Shown here in pieces: positions 23,205 through 32,469 of a stretch of 32,469 nt of DNA. Within the stretch, counting starts at the first letter, position 1. Every line of letters starts with the position of its first letter. Source of the stretch: Catajapyx aquilonaris. Lineage: Eukaryota. The position numbers and the translations under genes are program-made. The DNA lies in NCBI GenBank assembly GCA_000934665.2, contig KZ539138.1, positions 1 through 32,469 on the forward strand. The letters are read 5' to 3'. Under the pieces are notes generated by a model that saw only the letters and a program-made list of their open reading frames with translations, ran no database searches and was not told where the DNA came from.

Positions 23205-23280
23205 TAATGATTGTGATGATGATGATATAATGATAATGTTTGTGATGGTAATGATTGCGACGATGATGATTGTGATGGTC
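23205..23280. repeat. Degenerate (GAT)n low-complexity tract
   Basis: Runs of GAT/AAT/GGT triplets. Confidence 0.75.
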
Positions 23281-24109
23281 TCAACTCAGTTTACACCACC
23301 ATCACACTCAGCATTGCAATACGAAAACCTATTTACACTGTATAATTAAAATTGTGTTCTTAACCTCCCCGTACGTTAGTGCCCACTTATTTCATGAATG
23401 TGTTATCCATGCAACAAAATATGCGGTTTAGATGTAATATTCTGACACGTACGCCTTGTAGATACTTTCCAAGTCAAAAGTGATTACTTTTTCGGAAGGT
23501 TTCACTCCATATCGCGCATATGGCCCTCTTTTCTTTTTGTTCCGAAAAACTGGTTTTTCTCAAGAAGGTGTGATTAGCTGGTTGGGTCGCTGNGTGATGA
23601 TGCTGGCAGAGGCCATAATCTAATTTAAGCAAAAATGTCGAATTTGTCAGATTAACGACAAAGAATTGTTTAGGATGAAACTCAGTTGTATGGTGATATT
23701 CAGGAATGTTTTTCAGTTTTTTATGTTGGTGAGATGTTGAATCAAGATATTTGAATACAGAATATTGATGATTATGATGTTAGAAATAACTTATAAAGTC
23801 AGGGTTTGGCATGTGTTCAGGAAAGTTAACTCCTGATCATATACATATATTTTTTGTCATAAATGATACATCACTTCACTAGTTTTGAACTATCTGATGT
23901 AAAGTGTAACATGATGCAACTGGTTCCACCTTCTTGTCAAAACAAGATGCTGTTATGAATATAACACAGTGGTATTGCTAATGTATGTTGAGTGTTTCAC
24001 ACTCTGCTAGTGACTTTTTTTACAATGCAATTGTAAATTATCCTTGTAGACTTTTTTCTCTCTAAGGTAGTGCTTGACCTCATTATGAGGTATGTAGACC
24101 TTTATTATA

Positions 24110-24390
24110 CCTTTGTGTATAGACCACATTTTGGAACCTTTTTATGAAGCAGCTGGGTCTGTGGGCAGGGGTGAGCGTTAGGGGAGATGCAAGGTGCAAG
24201 TGCAATGTCTCATACGGTCATTTTGTGAGTACCCCGAAGTGGTTAGTCTCAAGGAATCCCACAGAAGACAGAGCCAGAGATGACCCAACTCTGCACGAGA
24301 TTAAGGGGGGAATGCTCGGGCTTGGGATCGAACCCGGGACACGCCCATCCCTAGGTACAAACGTTTCTTCAGAGCCACTCAACCTCCCCC
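24110..24390 (-). mobile_element. Diverged SINE family B copy
   Basis: AGCCAGAGATGACCCAACTCTGCACGAGAT and GGGATCGAACCCGGGAC match 15311-15377. Confidence 0.8.
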
Positions 24391-24426
24391 ATGTAGATCC
24401 AGTTTCCACTGTAACAACCTTTAACC

Positions 24427-25389
24427 AGTAGGGGAGACTGGGGCACAGTGGACCACGGGGCACAGTGGACCTTTCCATTTTTAAAATCGAAAAAGCCGCC
24501 AAATTTTTTTCATCTGGTACCAAGTGAAACAAGTCACTGCCATGCTCCTGCCAACATGGCTGGCAACGGCTAGCGATCGATCGATCGATCGATAGATATC
24601 CAGCGATAGATATCCAGCGAAATCGATTTGAAGATAAGTGAAGTAAATTACTAACCCACAGTTTAAATGCCACTTCAGGCGTAGATGTTGGGCATGAGCC
24701 TGATATAAAAATCTTGTGAAATAGTGCCGCCCTTTGTCCATGAATACCGGAAGTTTGGTAAGCCTAACTTGCAATCGAAGTTACAATCATAGCATTATGT
24801 CAGTTGCTGCTGTCCGGGGCACAGTGGTGCAGTCGTTTGCGGGGCACAGTGGTGCATGTACCACTGTGCCCCGAAATGCACACTGTGTCCCGAAATGAAC
24901 AGCTGTAAAAAAAAAATGTGAGACAATGATTTTAAAAATGTGAATTAGGTAGAAAAAGGGCAAAACTGTGATTTTGACAAACCACCCTCCAAATGAACAA
25001 CTGTAAAAAAAAAGTGAGACAATGATTTTTAAAATGTGAATTAGGTAGAAAAAAGGGGCAAAACGGTGATGTTGACACAGTCCTCAAAATGAACAGCTGT
25101 AAAAAAATGTTAGGCAATGATAATACACTTCTTGTGTGAATTAGGGGTACCAATCACTTCCGGACCACTGTGCCCCACCTATCGGGGTACAGTGGACCAT
25201 TTGCAGGGGGTCGCTTCTAAAAAAATTTAAAGCCAAAAGGATGGCACTACCTGTGAATATAGTAGTGACTTATATTACCAAGGAGTGTCTCCACCATGCC
25301 TGAAAATATGGGGTGTGTAGGTATAACAGGTAGGTATATAAAAATTCAAATGTGCAAAAGTGGTCCACTGTGCCCAGGTCTCCCCTACT
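24427..25389. mobile_element. Non-autonomous pogo/Tc1-like element with internal repeats
   Basis: TIRs AGTAGGGGAGAC.GGGCACAGTGGACCAC at both ends; GGGCACAGTGG repeated internally in both orientations; three tandem units of about 97 bp at 24893-25146. Confidence 0.8.
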
Positions 25390-26703
25390 ACTAAGTCAGC
25401 ATACATTAACACCACTGTGAGTGAAGAAGTCACTAGCAGCCAGTGGGGTCTGAACATATAAAATAATGGAAATGTATGTTTGTGATACATGTCTTAAGTA
25501 GTACCACTGGCATGTCAATACACACCTTACAGGCTCAATGAAAATGCAAGGTTATGAACATACGCTAGGATATAAAGTCAAAAAGATCAAAACACAAAAT
25601 GCTATAATAATAATAATAAGAAGAAGAATAATAATGGGTAGTGCGGACCTCCTAGGAGGTATTACACGTACCTTTATTTAAACACATACATTACGATGTC
25701 CTTGTTCTGCTGCATCGCCCTGGTCCAACGGGTGTAGGGGAGGAGGACGTTCCCAAGGGAGGGTGCTCTTAAATAGTTTATAGTCATTTCAGACCCTCTT
25801 AAATACCAGACCTTTTCTCCTGGTCCTGGGCAGAGAAGGGAGTGCAATTCTGTCCGGACATGTCGGGTGAAAAACAGAAAAAGACTCGACTAAGCAGAGG
25901 TGACGGGGATGGGATTGAACTGAAGACACCCCCCCCCCCNGATAGCAGTACAACGCGCGGGGAATGCGAAAATTAGCAGAATTTCGGAACTTCAAGGTCA
26001 CGGCGCGACCTCTAAATATTATCCGATATTACCTATATTTTGCAAAAGTCCTTTTTTTGTCAAAAGGAAACTTTTCATGACAATCGTTGCTGACTTTTCA
26101 AACTTTCGTCATTTTTGGACCACCCTAATGTACAGGTTAGAAAGGTATGGTAATATGACTGACTCTTATATATCAACGTGCATGCTAGTAATCATCTTCA
26201 TCAGTATTGTGTCCCCCTTACTTTTCAACTACCTTTGCACTCAAGCACACCAACTCACATAGGCGCGTTAACAGTTGAGGGGCATATATGCTCGAGACAT
26301 AGCTTCAATGGTGCCAGACAGTGCCATAATGGAGAGATGTGCCTACATTATCGCAACCACTTTTTAACTTCTCTGCCCCTAAATTGTAATTTCACCCAAT
26401 AATTACCGAGGCTCAAGCAAATTTTAAATTTCCATGCGTACTCCTCTACACTAGATGTGTGTAATCCTCTCATCAACATCCTGCAGAGATCCATGTGTAA
26501 GGTATGTTTTTGGTTTTGATTTTTAATTATGTTGGTTGCCCCTTATAAGGACTTTACCTTCCAAATGTTGCTAGTCAGAAGCATTAACAATAAGATGTAT
26601 ATTTGGAGAGAAGGGAGAATGGGAGACAAAAAGGAGAGGGGAAGTGCTTTTGTTGTCTCCTACCCCACAAATACCTGTATGGATTGGATGACCTTACTAG
26701 ATA

Positions 26704-27226
26704 CAGTAAAACTTATATTAGTCGAAGAAAATGATGGGCTTGGTTGGACACAATGTAAAATAATAGGAAATAAACTCCCCTAACTCGAAGTGCAGGCAGG
26801 GCCTTAGGATGGGATATCAATGCATTTTCAGTCTCCCTAAGTCGAAGTTCATGTTGGCGAGTATGGAAAATTTTCTCATTTCCTAGCCGGGGGGTCGAGA
26901 GTAGGCCACATGTACAGAAAGGCTCAATTTCCTAATCTCCGTCTACCAGACGTACCGAAAGAAGTGTTTGACTCGATTGTGACAATTGAATCCTTGAATC
27001 TAAGAGTAGGCAAAATGTCCATAATGGAGATTTTTTTGACAGCAAAACAACGAGGAACATTGTAAACGTGATAGTGACAATTATTTTAAAGTTTTGAACA
27101 CCTTTCGTGGCTGGATATAAAGGTATAAGCTTCCTTATAGAGTTACGTGCTTTTAAAAATCCAAACTTCTCTAACTCGAAGTTTTTGTCCGGTCCCATGG
27201 AGATTTGACTTGAAGAAGTTTTACTG
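26704..27226. mobile_element. Tigger/pogo-like MITE
   Basis: TA|CAGTAAAACTT ... AAGTTTTACTG|TA, with internal TAACTCGAAG/TAAGTCGAAG repeats. Confidence 0.7.
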
Positions 27227-28054
27227 TAATATAGAACCATACCAGTAAATTCTTTGCCTTGGTGTGCATGGCAATATCTATGACCTGTCTCCACATTTAA
27301 GATGTGTTGTTGTTAATACACTAGTCACCTACTCCTGATGGGAAGTGCCACTCTAATTCTGAACAGTAAAATATCACAGATGTCAAAATGTCACCTTTTG
27401 TGGGGTTTTTGTTGGGATTATTATAGCTATTTCTTACTGCTAAAAATATTAAATTCTTCGGCAGTTATGGATGTGGGTGACAGTTTACGTCCTTTACGAG
27501 AAGTTAATATCTTGAACAAATGCTAAACCTCCTCTCAGCCTGGTGTAGGTTCTGTTTCATCTATTCAGCAATATTGTGTTGTTTTATAATCTTGGTATAA
27601 TAAGTTATATGTATCTTGTCCCAAGTTTGCTACTCTACCATATCTATTCACGACTAAATCCCACTTTGGTAAATGGGATTCTTGAAACATGTCGAATGCA
27701 TAAACCAGAGGGACTGAAAGCTCATTTACATGGCCTATTCTTGTTCCCAAGCAAGCTTTACCTCCATTTTACATGTGGTGAAGAAGCTTTCCTCTTGGGA
27801 CAAAGAAGTGGCTATGTAAACACTGAGATGAATACTGGTACAGAACAAACCCGAGTTAGGCAATAATAAGTAATAAGTTTTATTTGCTACTCCACACCTC
27901 TTCTGGTTCTTCAGATGACAGACTGACTTTGAGCTGTGTCTACAGATAACACACCACTGAAATGTACAGTATTCCGAGGCCAGGTTGCCATCTATGCACT
28001 TGTCATGGTAGCCACCAGGACATGTAAAACACATGTAAATAAAGGCATATGTAA

Positions 28055-31000
28055 TCATGCATCACACAAATCATTGCTTTTATTGTCGTATCCAGACCAT
28101 GCCCAAGCACCTTTCCCTCGAGGTTCTTCCACAAGAGAGATGCTCAGATTCCATAGCTTCAAGGCCAAGTTGTCGTCTTCAGATGAAGCTGATGATGGAC
28201 AGCGACAGCAGTTATTGAAGTATAATCCACCAACACCTTCCAATTCGTACGCAGTGGCGCAGTATATGCTGGTAGCAGCAGCTTGTTGCTGGGGACAGTT
28301 TTGATATAGTTGTACGCATTATCCTAGGCATATCCAGGTTGTTACTAGAGTCAGTCAGCAATTTTTACTCCCTTGACCCAATGGCTGTTAGGTAATAAAC
28401 GTGAATTCTACAGATATGGGTGAAAACGGTCCTGGGTCTTACCTACGGAAAAAATACGGACAGGATAAAATACCGACGGGAAAAAAGTGGAAAGGTATAT
28501 GTTCTTTGTATATTTTCGGTAATAAAGCTGTCGGAAATTTATTCTGTCTGTATTATGTCTTTCGGTATTACGTACCAGACCCGGGTGAAAACCCATAAAA
28601 TGTGCAACAATTATTGCATTAGTGAACTCTGACCATGGTCTTAGAATACTAAGGTCTGGACACTACCTCTTATTGCCTGCCGGGGCGTTTTGCATGAGGT
28701 GCTCACCTGAGAGCGCCACAAGACCTTTCATGGAGCAACCCTTCTGGACTATGCTGAACTTCATAGGTACAGGGCCGCCGGTGCCCATGTTAGGTCCCCC
28801 AATGTAGCGCTTCCCTTTTGTACCTATAAAGTTCAGCGTAGTCTGGTAGGGTCGCCACATAATTGCTCCGTGAAAGGTCTCATGGCGCTCTCAGCTGAGC
28901 ACCTCATGCAAAACGCCCCAGCAGGCGATAAGATTGTAGGGGTAGTGTCTGGGGGCTGACTCTGACCTTTCCCCCTATTTTTCAATCCCTGGCCCAAGTT
29001 TCAGAAAATTTTATACAGGGAGTATTTTACCAGATCACTGTTAGGGCCGGTTTCACCAAGCCCGGTTTTCATAAAAACCCTGGTTCTTTCGGAAAATCCC
29101 TATTCTATTTGCAGGGATTTTCCAATAGAACCGATTTTTTCAATCAAAACCAGGCTTGGTGAAACCGGCCATTAGTCTTATGATGTAAGAGTTCACTGCA
29201 AACTGAAGTTTTCTGGGATGTTCAGGTTCTACAATGCAAGTCTGTCTTCCCAGTTTCACAGAAGCCATATTATGCATCTATTAAATTCTCATTGCATGTT
29301 ACCTATTGACGGACTCACCAGGGACTTTGTGAAGGGTCGCACCAGGGCAAAAATCAGCCGGTAGAACCACCAATTCCGTGGCATTCGTGAACTAACCATG
29401 TTACCAGGATGCACTGAATTGCACACAATTCCATGCTCTTCCCAGCGTCGGTTCAGTTCTCTGGCAAAGAGCATATTGCAGAGTTTGCTGTTGTTGTAAG
29501 CAGCCATTGCTGTGTATTGTCCTGGAGCAGATGGTGAAAGGTACTCCTTTGTACAATTATCAGCATTCAAGTACGAGAATCTGAAACATGGTATTAATTA
29601 CTTCACTGTAGACATTGATCCCCAAGAGAGCTTGTACCTGTGAGACTCAGACGAGACAACAACAACTCTTGCCAGCACAGAGTTCATCAAAATTGGCTCT
29701 AGAAGCAGTGCCAGATAAAATTGTGCCAGATGGTTAACCTGAAACGTGGTTTCATACCCATCTTCCGTCAAGGCAAATGGAGGTGCAAACACGCCAGCAT
29801 TAAGGACGAGAATATGAAGGTATCTGCAATGTCTGAAACTGTCACACCTAGCAAAATGCATAGAGCAGTAAACACTTACGTGTATCGTAACTTGAAGCTA
29901 GTTGCAAAAGCTTTCACACTACGGAGAGATGTCAGATCTAATTCCATTGTTTCGCACTTGGCATTTGGGCGATCATGACGGACCAATCCAACAGCCTCCT
30001 CACCCTTAGCAAGATCACGACAGGCAAACACCACAGTCGCACCATGATATGCCAATGACTTTGCTGTCTCAAATCCTGGAAATATCAAAGGCATTTCAAT
30101 TAACAGGCACAGTTTGAGAGGCTCAACGCACCAATGCCACAGTTAGCTCCTGTCACAAGTGCCACTTTGCCACCTAAGTCCCGGCCATGTAGAATTTGTA
30201 ATGCTGTACTGGACGCATCAAAACGTTGCCGTATATCAGTCAAACTTTCCTTTTCCTCCAATGCAAAGGCAAGTCTTGGATCTGTGTATGTTGTTTTTTG
30301 GTTCATGTGGTCCACAAAAAAAACCTTTCCATCTTCTGTAATTTTTTTCTCCCATCCATAAGGTAATTCTGAAATAAAGGTATTATTTGCATTTATCAAT
30401 ATTATGTGAACACAGTGGGAAGTGAAGGACTTTATATGTTGTATCAGGTAGCATGAAATGTCAGGCTACAGTGGTAGGTAAATGGGCTGGTGCAGTTATT
30501 CCTGCCACTGCAGTACCATTTAAATTGGGATTTATTTCAATGCATCCCTACATATCTATTCTGCACCATTCAACGTGCAGTCTTGGTTAGTTTAACTTTG
30601 ATCAAGGCTTGTTTGTATTTGAAGACAGCTGAATTGTGGCATTGTTTTAAAATGCGATTCGACTTTTGTTTAGGTTCATCATGGCCTTTTTTTGCTTTCG
30701 CATCATTCAGTGCCCAAATTATATTATAAATTTTGACAACCTGGTTTTATGGGGTAAAACTGTGTAATTGACCACTTTCCAGTTGTGCACCTCTAGCGGC
30801 CAAATTTGGCCTGCCATCAAAATGGCGTAGTTATCCAATCATCCCGTGGGAATCTCGTATAACTGCCCATAGTAAATGGCCTCTGCTTGTTCGCGTCTGG
30901 TGGCCTGGTCCCGGGGCAGATCTTGTCGAGATATTTTTTTCCGGAATGACGAGATTCCTGCCGTTCCCTCACAGGATGCCAAAAGTTAATTGGCGTCGTG

Positions 31001-31756
31001 GCGCACTGCCCCTGGAGTGATTTTTTAAAGTGGTGACCACGCTTTTCTCATTATTATCATGCCTCATATCTTGTCAGCGTCTGGTGGTTCGGCCCTGTGG
31101 CAGATCTTGCTGAGAGTTTTTTTATATGGTTTCACTAGTTTCATAAATTACACCCAGGGTCACATTTTAGACTCCCAGCGTAACAGAGCTATGGCAAAAA
31201 TATGCAGGTATACATAATTATATATCGTAAATATTTAGAACAAATGATAGAGAAAAATTTAAATAAATGAGCAAGCTACAAACTTACACACACATAGTCA
31301 AGAAGGACCCTCACCAAGATCTGCCCCGGGGCCAAACCACCAGATGTGGAAAAGATAAGAGGCCGGATAATAATGAGAAACGTGCTGTCACCACTTTAAA
31401 AAATCACTCTGGGGGCAGTCTGCCACAGGGCCGATTCACTTGATGGCAGGCCAACTAGAGGCACGGAACTGGAAAGTGGTCAATTAATCTAAAGCCAACT
31501 GCTGATGATTTTAATTTGCATTACCTCCCGCAACCTTCTTCTTTTTGCCTGTCCTGGGATGGGTCCATTGTGTTGTTTTGCATGTGTGGCTATCAAAAAT
31601 GAAGCAATAATTTAATACAGTAACATTATAGCAGTAGGTCATGCTAAGGAAGCCTACTAACTTTGCATAATACACTTGACCATCCAACGTCGCTCTCTCC
31701 TCCCAACCCGGTGGCAACTCATCTTCGCTGTCAGTGTCCGGCAGCAAATTGGCCAT
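28055..31756 (-). CDS. WWOX: WW domain-containing oxidoreductase, about 424 aa, 7 exons
   Basis: Exons 31756-31662, 31589-31525, 30368-30132, 30075-29880, 29823-29638, 29580-29319, 28288-28055 (1275 nt). [15 protein letters not shown], two WW domains, GKKKK NLS-like segment, [18 protein letters not shown], catalytic YNNSK, HPGNM and RPFTKSLQQAAAT. Confidence 0.97.
28428..28582. mobile_element. Short imperfect palindromic element, MULE-like
   Basis: 10-bp flanking direct repeat GGGTGAAAAC at 28418-28427 and 28583-28592; ATACGGACAGGATAAA pairs imperfectly with TTTATTCTGTCTGTAT. Confidence 0.55.
28659..28949. mobile_element. Palindromic MITE
   Basis: GACACTACC..GGGGCGTTTTGCATGAGGTGCTCA pairs with TGAGCACCTCATGCAAAACGCCCC..GGTAGTGTC. 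Confidence 0.85.
29044..29171. mobile_element. Tourist/PIF-Harbinger-like MITE
   Basis: TIR GGCCGGTTTCACCAAGCC / GGCTTGGTGAAACCGGCC, TTA on both flanks, and nearly palindromic throughout. Confidence 0.85.
30765..31486. mobile_element. Fold-back non-autonomous DNA element (WWOX intron 2)
   Basis: TIR TAATTGACCACTTTCCAGTT / AACTGGAAAGTGGTCAATTA; inner inverted arms about 31000-31117 and 31307-31426. Confidence 0.85.
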
Positions 31757-31991
31757 CACCGGACCCAAAAGAAATCCACTCAACCCTTCCGTGTCACTTG
31801 ATTAAATGTTCAAATTACGGCCTACATATTTCCTCCCCTGCTGTTGGCCAATGCCACACTGTGAAGAACCCCGTCAAGTACAGTACGGGGAAGTTCTCTC
31901 AGCTCAGAAGCAGCAGCCAGCTGAAAGTCCAAGTCAAACCTCACCACTCTGCGTCAAGAATCCCAACAATGTTTGCATCGATATGTAATCG

Positions 31992-31999
31992 TGACGTCA
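31992..31999. promoter_or_regulatory. CRE/ATF palindrome upstream of WWOX
   Basis: TGACGTCA about 240 nt upstream of the WWOX ATG; motif match only. Confidence 0.3.
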
Positions 32000-32469
32000 T
32001 GTGTCAATGCACTCGGTTGTTGTCTCCGGGAGTGTATGATGTATTACCACGAATGGGTTGTGCTCACACACAACAATATATAAAACAATATTATTAAACA
32101 AATAAATGGAGTGTGAAATAGCTGTTATTTAAGTTAAAATAGCCGCTTACTTAATGCAAAATATTAGTTATAATTTATAGCTTATATTAAGAACATGTTG
32201 CAACATTAGTTACTGTCATGCTCACTGTATTGCGCTGTATTGAGAGAATACATGGGATGATTTTATTAAGACTACTATCGCGGTAAGAGAACACCAAGGA
32301 CCAATTGTATGCACGATGCTTTTCAGCCGTACTGAGCCAATATGATAAACTCTTATCGCTTATTAGAATAGTCGCTCTATTGTTGGCAAGAAAATATGTT
32401 ATATTAGTTACGTGATTATAAGCGTTAAAAGTAACGGTTACGTCACTTTCTCCCCTAGGCTTCCCCCCC

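Larger units (their letters stand above)
22093..23592 (+). mobile_element. Probable Helitron-like composite insertion, 3' end lost at the gap
   Basis: Filled site AACTTA|TCCTAGAC versus empty site AACTTA|TAAAG: insertion at A|T beginning with TC. Confidence 0.45.

Noticed and set aside
21893..23794. LTR retroelement with 201-bp LTRs
   Set aside because: No TG...CA ends, primer site or TSD, and the second copy begins exactly at an N, pointing to an assembly or haplotype join.
24816..25200. CRISPR-like repeat array
   Set aside because: Repeats are irregularly spaced, in both orientations and inside a TIR element; the context is eukaryotic with no cas genes.
25600..26130. Element fragments on both sides of the N at 25940
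   Set aside because: A (TAA)n tail on the left and a GGACCACCCTA end on the right suggest transposon pieces, but neither can be bounded or classified.
31663..32097. 144-aa plus-strand ORF at the WWOX 5' end
   Set aside because: Non-ATG start, antisense to WWOX exon 1, and no recognisable motif.

Overview
Eukaryotic, probably invertebrate (arthropod-like), genomic window with mostly 51-72 nt introns. Five spliced genes can be rebuilt by hand with GT-AG junctions and consistent phases: PTER (+, 2166-5339), a D-aspartate/D-amino-acid oxidase (+, 5667-7333), TMEM42 (-, 8929-9513), EMC8/9 (+, 11003-17965) and WWOX (-, 28055-31756). Larger introns and the 18-28 kb intergenic stretch hold three tRNA-derived SINE families, many non-autonomous DNA elements (hAT-, pogo-, mariner-, Harbinger- and MULE-like), fold-back palindromes and a probable Helitron insertion next to a gap. 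The most notable observation is the PTER-oxidase junction. The PTER stop is immediately followed by an in-frame ATG (TAA-ATG), and one GT-AG intron (5364-5660) would join it in frame to the oxidase ORF. This predicts a dicistronic or read-through PTER-DDO transcript competing with intronic polyadenylation. All calls come from manual reading; no database searches were run.
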